64,000 nt of DNA from an uncultured bacterium (GCA_903893315.1 CAITLU010000024.1:5119-69118); one strand, 5' to 3'. Counted from the stretch's first letter, positions 47,441-56,877 are shown. Numbers and translations are program-made. Notes: generated by a model not told the origin, from the letters alone.

Positions 47441-48372
47441 TGCGACCGAGAAATACACTGGCGGTGCTGCTGATCGCAGCGGCTATGGGTTTGGCGGCGG
47501 GCGCCGGCACCGCAGCCGCCGAACCGGCCTATCTGCCTTACTACGCCGTGATGGATCCGCCCATCGTTTATCCCGGCGCGGTGGTTCGGTTCCAGATCCG
47601 TCCTGCGGCCGATGCCGACACCGGTACCGTGCTGGTGGCCGGCCGGCGCTTCCAGGGCGAGATCAAGGAAGGCATCTTCAGTGCCTACTTCGCCGTCGAT
47701 GTAGACACGTTGCCGGGGCCTTACACGCTCAGTTACGACGTTGGTTCGCGCCGCGGCACCCGCACCGTGACAGTCCGCGCGCGGCGCTTCGATGAAGAAG
47801 GGCGAGTGGCGGTACCGATCTCGCGCGACGACCAGGCTGTCGAAGATCTGACCAGGGGCAATCCCCGGCTGGTCTCATTGTGGAACCGTGTCACGCTCGA
47901 GCGTTACTGGAGCGACTCGTTCCTGACGCCGGTGCCGGGTGTGGTCGGTGCACCGTTCGGTATGAGAAAGACGGTCGATTCGTCGGCGGCGATGCCGCTT
48001 ACCAGCGTCGGTCTGGTTTCGACGTCGGCCGCGTCGGTGGTCGCCGCCAATGCCGGTACCGTCGCGTTGGTGGCCGACGTTCCGGGAGGAAAGTTCCTCG
48101 TCATTGATCACGGCCTCGGCGTTTACACCTACTATGCCGGGCTTGCCAAGGTTGTGGTGGGAGAAGGCAAGTCGGTCGCGCGCGGAGCGGAGATCGGCAA
48201 ACTTCCCGGCGGTTCGCGGCCGGTTCTGCACTTCGGTGCGCGTCTGGGCGGCGCCGATGTCGATCCGATCACACTGCCCGGGATTCAATTGCACGTTCCC
48301 GATCTGTTGCCGGAGGCGGCGCATCGTGCGCCGAGCGAAGAACGCTACCGCGCACATGACTACGACTACTGA
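47440..48372 (+). CDS. Exported LytM/M23-domain protein, degenerate active site (probable regulatory/activator type)
   Basis: Signal peptide, then …LVIDHGLGVYTYYAGL…PVLHFGARLGG. The HxxxD His and the second His of HxH are absent. Its start overlaps the xseA stop by 1 nt. Confidence 0.7.
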   Translation: MRPRNTLAVLLIAAAMGLAAGAGTAAAEPAYLPYYAVMDPPIVYPGAVVRFQIRPAADADTGTVLVAGRRFQGEIKEGIFSAYFAVDVDTLPGPYTLSYDVGSRRGTRTVTVRARRFDEEGRVAVPISRDDQAVEDLTRGNPRLVSLWNRVTLERYWSDSFLTPVPGVVGAPFGMRKTVDSSAAMPLTSVGLVSTSAASVVAANAGTVALVADVPGGKFLVIDHGLGVYTYYAGLAKVVVGEGKSVARGAEIGKLPGGSRPVLHFGARLGGADVDPITLPGIQLHVPDLLPEAAHRAPSEERYRAHDYDY

Positions 48373-48958
48373 TCCGCCGCCGGCCGGTGCGCGGATCGAC
48401 GCGTTGCTGCTTGCCGGCGGGCGGTCGCGCCGCTTCGGTCGCGACAAACGTCACGCACTGCTCGGAGGCCGCACGCTGGCCGACATCGCGATGTGCAAGC
48501 TGCGCGCGGTGGTGGATGGAGACCTGTGGGTAGCCGGCGCCGGCACCTTCAACGTCGCAGGCCGTGCTTTCCTGGTCGATGATCTCGTGCACGGCCGCGG
48601 TCCCATGTCCGGAATCGCCGGGGGATTGCTGCGCGTGCGCTTCGGTGTGCTGGTGCTGCCTTGCGACGTTCCGCTCGTCACCGCCGATACGCTGTCGGCT
48701 CTGGTTCGGATGGCTCGCCGCAGCGGTCAGGTGGTCGCGCTGCGCAGCGGGCGAGGGTGGGAGCCGCTGGTCGGCTTTTACCCGCGCGCGGCTTTGCCGC
48801 AGCTTGCCGCCGCGTTAAGGGATGGGCAGCGCGCTCCGCACCGGCTGCTCGACCGACTCGGTGCGCTCGCGCTACCGGTGGGACGCGCGAGAGAGACCTG
48901 GAACGTCAATCGTATCGAAGATTTGAAGGCGGCTGCCGAGGTCGCGGGCCGCGCCTGA
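48356..48958 (+). CDS. mobA: Molybdenum cofactor guanylyltransferase MobA
   Basis: …LLLAGGRSRRFGRDKRHALLGGRTL… (LAGGxSxRMG-like), …LVLPCDVP…. Confidence 0.8.
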   Translation: MTTTTDPPPAGARIDALLLAGGRSRRFGRDKRHALLGGRTLADIAMCKLRAVVDGDLWVAGAGTFNVAGRAFLVDDLVHGRGPMSGIAGGLLRVRFGVLVLPCDVPLVTADTLSALVRMARRSGQVVALRSGRGWEPLVGFYPRAALPQLAAALRDGQRAPHRLLDRLGALALPVGRARETWNVNRIEDLKAAAEVAGRA

Positions 48959-48982
48959 ACGCCGCCGGGAGCAGACGACACG

Positions 48983-49261
48983 ATGAGCGCACAGAAGATC
49001 AGGAAGAACGCCGAGCCGAAGTTTGAAGAGGCGATGGCTGAACTCGAAGAAGTGGTGCGCAGAGTCGAGACCGGAGACACTCCTCTGGAAGAATCGCTGC
49101 AAGCTTTCGAACGCGGCGTCGCGCTGGTTCGCAGGCTCCATGCGCGTCTGGACGCCGTGCAGTCGCGTATCGAAGAACTTTCGCGCGGTCCCGAAGGTGC
49201 GCTTGGGACGGTCGCCCTGGCCGGATTCTCGGACGACGAAGGAGAGGACGACGAGCCGTGA
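48983..49261 (+). CDS. xseB: Exodeoxyribonuclease VII small subunit
   Basis: 92 aa. …FEEAMAELEEVVRRVETGDTPLEESLQAFERGVALVRRLHARLDAVQSRIEEL is diagnostic for XseB. Confidence 0.9.
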   Translation: MSAQKIRKNAEPKFEEAMAELEEVVRRVETGDTPLEESLQAFERGVALVRRLHARLDAVQSRIEELSRGPEGALGTVALAGFSDDEGEDDEP

Positions 49262-50214
49262 GCGCGTCGCGCGCCGATCACGCTGCGGCTCGCAGTCCCG
49301 GCGCAGCGGCTTCGATGCGGCGCCTGTTGGTGCTGATCGAGGATGCTGTCGTCAGCGCGCTGCCGACGGTCGCGCCGAGCGGTGCGGCCGGTTTCGGCGT
49401 CGATCGTCTGGCGGAATCGATGCGCTACTCGCTGTGCACTCCCGGCAAGCGTATTCGCCCTTTGCTGTTGCTCGCGGCTGCCGAAACGGTCGGCGCCCAG
49501 GCCGCGCGGTTGTCCCGTTTTGCCGCCGGCCTGGAGATGATTCACGCTTACTCGCTCATCCACGACGATCTGCCTGCGATGGACGACGACGACTTGAGGC
49601 GCGGCTTCCCGACCAATCACGTCATCTACGGTGAAGGGCTGGCGATCCTCGCGGGCGACGGTCTGTTGAGCGAGGCCTTCGTGCTGATGCTTGAACCGGT
49701 GACGGATGCGGCCATCCAAGCCCGCGTCGTTCACGAGATTGCGCGGGCCTCCGGACGCGAGGGCATGGTGGGCGGTCAGGCAGCCGACCTGATGGGCGAA
49801 GGCCGCGCGCCGGATCCTTCGTTGCTCAGAGCCATTCACGCGCGCAAGACCGGTGCTCTGCTGCGCGTGTCGGTACAGGCCGGAGCGATGCTCGGCGGAT
49901 CGACGCCTGCGCAGTTGGCCGCGCTTTGCGATTTCGGCGAGCGCTTCGGGCTGGCGTTTCAGATCGCGGACGACATCAAGGACGAAGTCGCGCCGCCGCA
50001 GGTCACCGGCAAGAGCGCAGGAGGTGACCAAGTCGCGGGCAAGGTGACCTATCCTTCCTTGTTCGGCATCGATCGCTCGCGCGAACTGCTGCTTGCGGAA
50101 CTCGAAGCGGCGCTTCAGGCCTTGCGCAGTTTGGAGGGTGACACGACGTTGCTCGAGGCGATCGCGCTGGAGGCCGTGGCGCCGGCTTTGGCGAACGGCG
50201 TTGCGGAGGATTGA
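49258..50214 (+). CDS. ispA: Polyprenyl diphosphate synthase (farnesyl/geranylgeranyl diphosphate synthase)
   Basis: The first and second Asp-rich motifs LIHDDLPAMDDDDLRRG and FQIADDIKD. Conserved xseB-ispA synteny. Confidence 0.9.
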   Translation: MSASRADHAAARSPGAAASMRRLLVLIEDAVVSALPTVAPSGAAGFGVDRLAESMRYSLCTPGKRIRPLLLLAAAETVGAQAARLSRFAAGLEMIHAYSLIHDDLPAMDDDDLRRGFPTNHVIYGEGLAILAGDGLLSEAFVLMLEPVTDAAIQARVVHEIARASGREGMVGGQAADLMGEGRAPDPSLLRAIHARKTGALLRVSVQAGAMLGGSTPAQLAALCDFGERFGLAFQIADDIKDEVAPPQVTGKSAGGDQVAGKVTYPSLFGIDRSRELLLAELEAALQALRSLEGDTTLLEAIALEAVAPALANGVAED

Positions 50215-51071
50215 TCCTGGCCTCGCGTCGTCCTCGCCAGGTGGGCGCTTCGGGCGCGGACCGTACTCGTTCGAACGAGGCGTGCGATGCTGCCGACGCC
50301 GTCGGCAAGTCACGTTCCAGACTTCGTGCCGACGATCGTCTGGTCGAACTGGAACTGGCCGCGTCACGTGACGAAGCGGCCAGGTTGATCCTCGCCGGAT
50401 TGGTCAAAATCGGCAGCGAGCGCATCGTCAAAGCCGGTCAACTCGTCGCGTCTGACGCCGATCTGGCGGTGCGTGACCGCGCCCGCTTCGTTTCGCGAGG
50501 CGGTACCAAACTCGAAGCCGCACTCGACCGCTTCGATGTGACGTGCCGGGGCGTTACTGCGCTCGATGCCGGCTGCTCGACAGGCGGTTTCACTCACTGT
50601 CTTCTCGAACGGGGAGCCGCGCGCGTCTATGCGGTCGACGTCGGTTACGGTCAGTTCGCGTGGAAGCTGCGCGTCGATCCGCGCGTCGTGCTGATGGAGC
50701 GCACCAACATCCGCAGCGTCGCGGCCGCGACGCTGGCGCCGCGACCTTCGCTGGTGGTGGCCGATCTGTCGTTCGTTTCGCTGCGCAGCGTGCTGGGCGT
50801 GTTGCTCGATCTCGCCGCTCCTGCCGCGACCTTCGTGCTGCTGGTCAAGCCGCAGTTCGAGGTAGCGCCCGAGAAACTCGAACGTGGTGTCGTAGTCAGT
50901 GCCGAGGTGCGCGCGCAGGCGTTGGCCGGGGTCGAAGCCGATGTGGTCGGCAACGGTCTCGTCGTTGCGGGTGTGGTGGAGTCACCGATCCGCGGGGCCG
51001 ACGGGAACGTGGAGTACCTGCTGGTCGCGCGCAGGGCCGGCGCTGCCGATCAGGAAAACATCCAGCCGTGA
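50211..51071 (+). CDS. tlyA: TlyA family rRNA (cytidine-2'-O)-methyltransferase (hemolysin A-like), S4 + FtsJ-like MTase
   Basis: An S4-like region (…RLVELELAASRDEAARLILAGLVKIGSERI…) and an MTase motif I ALDAGCSTGGFTHCLLERGAARVYAVDVGYGQ. The start codon is uncertain (the track start is a TTG). Confidence 0.85.
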   Translation: MILASRRPRQVGASGADRTRSNEACDAADAVGKSRSRLRADDRLVELELAASRDEAARLILAGLVKIGSERIVKAGQLVASDADLAVRDRARFVSRGGTKLEAALDRFDVTCRGVTALDAGCSTGGFTHCLLERGAARVYAVDVGYGQFAWKLRVDPRVVLMERTNIRSVAAATLAPRPSLVVADLSFVSLRSVLGVLLDLAAPAATFVLLVKPQFEVAPEKLERGVVVSAEVRAQALAGVEADVVGNGLVVAGVVESPIRGADGNVEYLLVARRAGAADQENIQP

Positions 51072-51724
51072 AGGTTGTAGAGTATCGTCGCGATCACCAC
51101 TCCGGCGGTCAGCGCAAGCCACGGCAGTTCGGATAGCACCAGGCGGCCGCGGCCGGTCACGATGGCGCCGAACGGGAGCAGCGAGGTTTCGGCGAAGAAT
51201 CCGTCGAGGCGGCCTTTCTCTGTAACGCGCTTGCGTGCGTCCTGATGCATGCAGCCGAGTAGCCCGACCGCGAACAGACCGCCGAAGAAGGCGACGTCGC
51301 TGGCGAAGCCGTTCACCGCCATGTGGGCCAGACCCCACAGGCCCATCGGCAGGAACATCGGGTGACGCGTGATGCGTGTCAGTCCATACGCCGACGTGCG
51401 GGCTCCGGCGGTGAGGCTGGCAGGACTCGGCTGCGTCGGGGATGCGACCACGAAGGCGAACGAGGCGCCGGCGAGCAACAGCGCCAACGTGTGCACGCCC
51501 GGTACGTCGCCCAAGGTCCACAGCAGCGGACCGGTGTGGATGTTTTTCAGGTAGATCCTGACTGCGGGGACGAAGGTGGCGAACGAGATCAGCGAATACA
51601 CGCCGAGGTACGGCTTCTGTCCGAGCCGCGCCACCAGGCCAGGCCTGAACGTGACCGATGACATTACCATGTGTGTTGCGGCAAAGGCGGACATCCAAAA
51701 TAGAATCAGGCTCCAAGCAGGCAT
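51050..51724 (-). CDS. NnrU family membrane protein
   Basis: Five to six TM with the GLTRITRHPMF motif characteristic of NnrU-like proteins. Confidence 0.6.
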   Translation of the reverse strand: MPAWSLILFWMSAFAATHMVMSSVTFRPGLVARLGQKPYLGVYSLISFATFVPAVRIYLKNIHTGPLLWTLGDVPGVHTLALLLAGASFAFVVASPTQPSPASLTAGARTSAYGLTRITRHPMFLPMGLWGLAHMAVNGFASDVAFFGGLFAVGLLGCMHQDARKRVTEKGRLDGFFAETSLLPFGAIVTGRGRLVLSELPWLALTAGVVIATILYNLHGWMFS

Positions 51725-51742
51725 GGCGTTCTCCGTTTCGTG

Positions 51743-52489
51743 CTATCGGGCGAGGGCCGGCTTGCTGCCGGAGTCGGGCTTGGCGGTAGCGGTTTCGACA
51801 CGCTGCATCCACAGGCCGACGCGCTCGAAGTCCGTCAGCGTGGCCGCACCTTCCTTGGTACCGCAGATGCAAGCGAACTGAACGAACACCGCGATGTCGG
51901 CCAACGTCATGCTGCTGCCGACCAGCCAGGGGCCGGTGCTCAGCATTCCGTCGAGTGCCTCGAAGTGCCGCCTCAGATCGGCCATGACCTGCTTACGGCT
52001 CTTTCGGCCGAGTCCTTGTTTGACCAAGATGGCCTTCATGTGGCGGGGGATGACGAAGCGCGCCGCGCGGCTGACGATTTCGCTGTCGTTGGCACACAGC
52101 AACGGCACCCACCTGGCCGCGTTGTGCCCGAGCGTGAAGCGCAGGAACATCTCGTAGAAGTAGAGGCTCTCGTCGGCCCAATCCTCGAGGACGTGGCACA
52201 GGGCTCGCTCGCGCGGATCGCTCGGCAGCAGGCGCGGCTCCGGGAAACGCTCTTCGAGGTAGTAGGCGATGTCGGTGGAGTCGCCGAAGCGTCGTCCCTC
52301 GTGCTCGATGGCCGGCAATTTGCCTACGGGGTTCACCTTGCGGACCTTGGTCACCGCATCCTGCATCGATATCTCGCGGGTCGTGTAGTCGACGCCTTTG
52401 ACGTGAAGGACGCGACGAATCTTGTCGCAGAATGGCGAGATCTCGAACTGATATAACGTGACCACTCTGCGTCTCCGGTCAGTCCCCAA
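51743..52489 (-). CDS. Glutathione S-transferase
   Basis: …VTLYQFEISPFCDKIRRVLHVKGVDYTTREI…KLPAIEHEGRRFGDSTDIAYYLEERFP… is a GST N-terminal thioredoxin fold plus the C-terminal domain. Confidence 0.8.
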   Translation of the reverse strand: MGTDRRRRVVTLYQFEISPFCDKIRRVLHVKGVDYTTREISMQDAVTKVRKVNPVGKLPAIEHEGRRFGDSTDIAYYLEERFPEPRLLPSDPRERALCHVLEDWADESLYFYEMFLRFTLGHNAARWVPLLCANDSEIVSRAARFVIPRHMKAILVKQGLGRKSRKQVMADLRRHFEALDGMLSTGPWLVGSSMTLADIAVFVQFACICGTKEGAATLTDFERVGLWMQRVETATAKPDSGSKPALAR

Positions 52490-52545
52490 TTTTGACTTGC
52501 TGCCGGGCTCTGACTAGGGTCAGCCCTTATTGAGAGGGCTGAACG

Positions 52546-52749
52546 ATGGCAAGAGTAACCGTAGAAGATTGTTTAGAAAAGGTTCCCAACCGTTTCATGC
52601 TGGCGACTGTCGCCGTGCGCCGCGCCAAACAGCTTCTGCGTGGTGCCAGGCCGCTCGTCGAAACGGACAACAAAGAGGTCGTCACCGCGCTTCGCGAGGT
52701 CGCGGCCGGTCTGGTGGGGCCCGTTGCAGTGGTCGAGGACGGCCAGTAA
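52546..52749 (+). CDS. rpoZ: DNA-directed RNA polymerase subunit omega
   Basis: [30 protein letters not shown] is the canonical RpoZ N-terminus, at 67 aa. Confidence 0.92.
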   Translation: MARVTVEDCLEKVPNRFMLATVAVRRAKQLLRGARPLVETDNKEVVTALREVAAGLVGPVAVVEDGQ

Positions 52750-52948
52750 CGATTCCTCTCGGAGTTGGTTGTCCACCTACCTGTTGAGAGGCTCATCTGT
52801 GCAGTCTTTTCGATAAGGTCCGGATGCAGGGCGAGGGCGGTGATAGCGAGCGCGGTCGTATTGTAGGGTACGCCGCCGTGGCGAGCTTGCGGGGCCCGGC
52901 CTCGCGGGAATCCGTTCTTCAAAAAGACGCTGGTGGAAGGCTGGCGGC

Positions 52949-54142
52949 ATGGCCGTAAAGAAGTCAGCAGGCGAGTCTTCCGAGCCGAAGAGGCGCAAGC
53001 GTACGAGCCGCGCGAAGCCGGGCGGATCTCGGCGTTCCTCCGCGTCGCAGTCCGAGCCGGTCCCCGAGTCAGACGAGGGCGGGGACGGAATCAGCCCCGA
53101 CGAAAGTCTTGAGCCGGAGCTTATCGAAGGCGAAATTCTCGACGCCAACTACGGCGACGAGCCTGTCGCCGCCGCGGACCCTGACTCTGACCCCGACTCT
53201 GATGCGGCCGAAGACGGGAGCGACGACGCTGTCGAGGCGGTGCCCGGCAAGCGTCTGGCGATAGCGGCCGGCGCTGCCGGAGCGTTGGTTCTCAGCAGTT
53301 CCCTGGATCGCTATCTGGCTGAGGTCCGCACCTATCCGATCCTTTCGCGCGAGCAGGAGCTCGAAGTCATCGACCGTTACTACGTTCAGGGCGATGCCGA
53401 AGCCGCGGTCAAACTGGTCACCTCCAACCTGCGTCTGGTCGTGATGGTGGCTCGCGAATATCAGCGCGCCTTCCACAATCTTCTGGACCTGATCCAAGAG
53501 GGCAACATCGGCCTTCTCGAAGCCGTCAAGCAGTTCGATCCGTACCGTGGGGTGCGCTTCCCTTCCTACGCCGTGTGGTGGATCCGCGCCTACGTGATCC
53601 GCTACGTGATGAACAACTTCCGCCTCGTCAAGGTCGGCACTACTCAGGCCCAGCGACGTCTGTTCTTCAACCTGAGGAAAGAGAAGGCCAGGCTCGAAGC
53701 GTTGGGCTTTGCGCCGACCCCCCAGCGCATCGCCGAAGTGCTTGGGGTCAAGGAGAAAGAAGTCATCGAGATGGACCAGCGTCTGGCGACTTCTTCAGAA
53801 GTCTCGGTGGAGACTCCGCTCGGGTACGATTCCGGAGCCGGTACCATGCTCGATCTTCTTCCGGCTCCGGGTGAGAGCGCCGAAGAAGAGGTTGCCGGCG
53901 GTGAGTTCTACGCGCTGATGAAGGAAAAACTAGGCGATTTCGCTCTCACCCTGCGTGGGCGGGAGGCCGAGATATTCCGCGAGCGGCTGATGGCCGAGGC
54001 CCCGCTGACTCTTCAGGAATTGGGGGACCGCTACGGTGTCAGCCGCGAGCGGGTCAGGCAGATGGAAGCCACCGTGAAGAAGAGGCTGCGCGAGTATCTG
54101 GTCTCGCAGGTCCGCGACCTTCACGAAGACATGGTCGGCTGA
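52949..54142 (+). CDS. rpoH: RNA polymerase sigma-32 factor RpoH with ~110-aa N-terminal charged/acidic extension
   Basis: The RpoH box QRRLFFNLRK; region 2 …DLIQEGNIGLLEAVKQFDPYRGVRFPSYAVWWIRAYV…; region 4 …LQELGDRYGVSRERVRQME…. The N-terminal 110 aa (K/R-rich, then D/E/S/P-rich) has no counterpart in E. coli RpoH. Confidence 0.88.
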   Translation: MAVKKSAGESSEPKRRKRTSRAKPGGSRRSSASQSEPVPESDEGGDGISPDESLEPELIEGEILDANYGDEPVAAADPDSDPDSDAAEDGSDDAVEAVPGKRLAIAAGAAGALVLSSSLDRYLAEVRTYPILSREQELEVIDRYYVQGDAEAAVKLVTSNLRLVVMVAREYQRAFHNLLDLIQEGNIGLLEAVKQFDPYRGVRFPSYAVWWIRAYVIRYVMNNFRLVKVGTTQAQRRLFFNLRKEKARLEALGFAPTPQRIAEVLGVKEKEVIEMDQRLATSSEVSVETPLGYDSGAGTMLDLLPAPGESAEEEVAGGEFYALMKEKLGDFALTLRGREAEIFRERLMAEAPLTLQELGDRYGVSRERVRQMEATVKKRLREYLVSQVRDLHEDMVG

Positions 54143-54232
54143 GCGTGCTGCAAAATCACCGCTACCGCTTTGCGCAACGACTGTCGCCCGACTCGGGCGC
54201 TCGTGCTAGCGTCGCCAGCCGTGCGTGAGAGC

Positions 54233-54958
54233 ATGAGCGCAGGGCTTGTGGTGATCGGCAACGAGATCCTGTCGGGCAAGGTTGCCGACGCGAACACCCC
54301 GTTCCTGGCGCGAGAGTTGCGTGTTCTCGGGGTCGCTCTTGAGCGGGTGATCGTGGTTCCCGATGAAGTGGACACGGTGGCCGGCGTGGTTGCCGATTTC
54401 GCGCGGCGCTTCGAGGTCGTGTTCACTTCCGGCGGGGTCGGCCCCACTCACGATGACGTGACCATGGATGCTGTGGCGCAGGCGTTCGGACGGCCAATGG
54501 TCGAAAACGCCGGACTGCGCCGGGCCATCGAGGGGTTTGTCGGAAGCGCGGTCAACGAGGCTCATCTCAAGATGGCGATGGTTCCCGAGGGCTGCGAACT
54601 CGTGATCGACGGACACCCAGCGTTTCCCACCGTCGTTGTCGAGAACGTCTACGTTCTGCCCGGCATCCCGGAAATATTCCAGGCCAAGCTCGTCGCCTTG
54701 CGTGATCGCTTTCGCTCGCAGCCCTACCATCTGCGTCAGGTATTGGTTCGCGAGCACGAGACCGACATCGCCGAGTTCCTCAACGCGACCCTGGCGGCTT
54801 TTCCCGAGTTGTTGCTCGGCTCGTATCCCAAGTTGTCGAATCCGGAGTACCGGGTGCGGCTCACGCTCGAATCGAAAGACGAAAGTTACGTCGAAGCGGC
54901 ACTGGCTGACTTGCTCCGGCGCCTGCCGCAGGGTTTTGTGGTCAAGGTGGAGAACTGA
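54233..54958 (+). CDS. Molybdopterin-binding (MoCF-biosynthesis / CinA N-terminal-like) domain protein
   Basis: …GLVVIGNEILSGKVADANTPFLARELRVLGVAL…VVFTSGGVGPTHDDVT… is the characteristic MoCF/CinA N-domain. Confidence 0.7.
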   Translation: MSAGLVVIGNEILSGKVADANTPFLARELRVLGVALERVIVVPDEVDTVAGVVADFARRFEVVFTSGGVGPTHDDVTMDAVAQAFGRPMVENAGLRRAIEGFVGSAVNEAHLKMAMVPEGCELVIDGHPAFPTVVVENVYVLPGIPEIFQAKLVALRDRFRSQPYHLRQVLVREHETDIAEFLNATLAAFPELLLGSYPKLSNPEYRVRLTLESKDESYVEAALADLLRRLPQGFVVKVEN

Positions 54959-54976
54959 AGAAGTGGAGGTGGAAAG

Positions 54977-55426
54977 ATGAAATCACAAAAGACCAAGGTT
55001 CGATTCTCGGCGACGGTTCTGGCGGCGGCGCTGTGGCTGTCTCCGTTGGCGGCTACCGCCGAGTCTTCACAGGCCGGCCAGGCCGGCGCGGATTTCGGCT
55101 TCGGTGTCCTGGCGGTGTTCAGCAACGTTCTCTACATGCCGGTCAAGTTTTGTTACGCCGTGCTCGGCAGCGTCACCGGCTCTCTGGCCTACGGGCTGAC
55201 CGGTGGGAATCGCGAAATAGCCGACGGTATCTGGGTGCCGTCGATGGGTGGCGACTATGTGCTCACCTCCGCGATGATGACGGGTGATGAGCATGTCTAT
55301 TTCAGCGGCCTCCGTAAGGGGGCGGGTTCCGGGCGCGAAGGCGCGAGCGACGAGCCCGCCTCTTCGGGCGACGAAGAAGAGCGGCAGGGTGGCTCTTCCG
55401 GCTCGCGCGGCGGCTCGACATTCTGA
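54977..55426 (+). CDS. Secreted hypothetical protein with G/S/E-rich acidic tail
   Basis: Signal peptide (…ATVLAAALWLSPLAATAESS) and a hydrophobic core. The C-terminal …SGREGASDEPASSGDEEERQGGSSGSRGGSTF is low complexity. Confidence 0.5.
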   Translation: MKSQKTKVRFSATVLAAALWLSPLAATAESSQAGQAGADFGFGVLAVFSNVLYMPVKFCYAVLGSVTGSLAYGLTGGNREIADGIWVPSMGGDYVLTSAMMTGDEHVYFSGLRKGAGSGREGASDEPASSGDEEERQGGSSGSRGGSTF

Positions 55427-55613
55427 TCTGGCCAAGCGGGCGACTCTGTTGCCGCATGGCGTGGGGAGGGCACCTGCGCCATGCGGCCCGCTTGTTCAGA
55501 CCGGGAGGGTGGGCTAGCTTCTCGCCGCCCGCGCTGTCCCGGGCCGCTGCCGTTGTAGAATTCGCGCGGCGTAGTCTTTTTACAGTCTGCATATTGCCCG
55601 AGAGGTCGAGCGG

Positions 55614-56219
55614 ATGAACAAGAAAATTCGTGTTTTTACCCTGGTTGCGGCTCTGGTGGCCGTTGGTGGAGTGGTCGGCTGCGATGCGATCGGCGGCTTC
55701 TTCCGTGCCCGTAATGCGGCGGTCAAGTGGGAAGGTCCGATCGACGAGATCGCTTTCGCCAACCTGCCCAAGGACGGCAAGGTATTCGACATCGAGATGC
55801 ACTCGCGCATCGACGCCCCGGCCGACAAGGTCTGGGAGGCGATGAAGCACCCGGAAAAGCTCTCGCAGAACAGCGAGCAGTACAAGAAGAGCGAACTCCT
55901 CAAGGATGAGGGCAACGTCAAGGAACTGGAACTCCACGTCATGGTTCTCGACAACCTACAGACCCTGACGGTTCGCATGGAGTTCGACGACGTGACCAAG
56001 ACCGTCAAGATCAAGACGCTGACGTCTTCGATGGCCGACATCGACGGCAGCTATCACCTCGAGGCCTCTCCTGACGGACAGAAGACTGCGTACATCTACA
56101 AGGCCAAGCAGACCGACAAGATTATGATGCCGATCTCCGAAGACGTGCAGCGCAGCGCTGTCAAGGAAAGCTTCGTCAACCAGGTGCGCGCGATCAAGAA
56201 GCAACTCGGCCTTGGCTGA
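55614..56219 (+). CDS. SRPBCC (START/Bet v1-like, polyketide cyclase/dehydrase-type) lipoprotein
   Basis: A lipobox (…VGGVVGC) and …RIDAPADKVWEAMKHPEKL… typical of SRPBCC-fold proteins. Confidence 0.6.
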   Translation: MNKKIRVFTLVAALVAVGGVVGCDAIGGFFRARNAAVKWEGPIDEIAFANLPKDGKVFDIEMHSRIDAPADKVWEAMKHPEKLSQNSEQYKKSELLKDEGNVKELELHVMVLDNLQTLTVRMEFDDVTKTVKIKTLTSSMADIDGSYHLEASPDGQKTAYIYKAKQTDKIMMPISEDVQRSAVKESFVNQVRAIKKQLGLG

Positions 56220-56246
56220 GTGTGATCTGCTGCTACGGCGTTCGTT

Positions 56247-56285
56247 TGGGGCCGCCTCCGCTTCGGGGGGGCGGCCTCTTTAGTT
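56247..56285 (+). terminator. GC-rich hairpin followed by a T-rich tail downstream of the SRPBCC gene
   Basis: GGGGCCGCCtccgcttcggggGGGCGGCCTCTTTA. It immediately precedes the engB start. Confidence 0.45.
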
Positions 56286-56877
56286 GATGAAGGTAACTCT
56301 CGCCGAGTTCCGCGCTTCCGCCGTGACGCCTGCGGCAATTCCCGCCGCCGTTCATCCGGAGGTGGCGATCGCCGGTCGTTCCAACGTCGGCAAGTCGTCG
56401 CTGATCAACCGCATGACCGGGCGGCGCAGTCTGGCGCGCACCAGCCGTACGCCCGGCTGTACGCGCGGGCTGATCTTCTACAACATCAACGACGCGCTGA
56501 CCCTCGTCGATCTTCCCGGCTACGGTTACGCGAGCCGTTCCCAGACCGAGCGCCGCCAGTGGAAGAGCCTGGTGGAACGCTATCTGGCCACCCGCGAAGA
56601 ACTCGCCTGCGTGCTGATCCTGATCGACTGCCGTCGGGGCCCGCAGCAGGAGGAACTCGACCTCGCCGAGTATCTGTCGTCGGTGGGACTCGTCTACGTC
56701 TACGTTCTGACCAAGACCGACAAACTGAGCCGCTCGGAGTTGTCCCGTCACGGAGCGGTGCTGCGCGCTGCGGTAGAGCCGGCGCCGGTGATCGCGACAT
56801 CTTCCGAAAGCGGCGCAGGAATAGACTCCCTGTGGAAGTGGATCCGCGCGGCGATCGCCACGGAGCGGCAGGGGTGA
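56284..56877 (+). CDS. engB: Ribosome biogenesis GTP-binding protein EngB (YsxC/YihA)
   Basis: G1 AGRSNVGKSSLIN, G3 DLPGYG and G4 TKTD, at 197 aa. Confidence 0.9.
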   Translation: MMKVTLAEFRASAVTPAAIPAAVHPEVAIAGRSNVGKSSLINRMTGRRSLARTSRTPGCTRGLIFYNINDALTLVDLPGYGYASRSQTERRQWKSLVERYLATREELACVLILIDCRRGPQQEELDLAEYLSSVGLVYVYVLTKTDKLSRSELSRHGAVLRAAVEPAPVIATSSESGAGIDSLWKWIRAAIATERQG

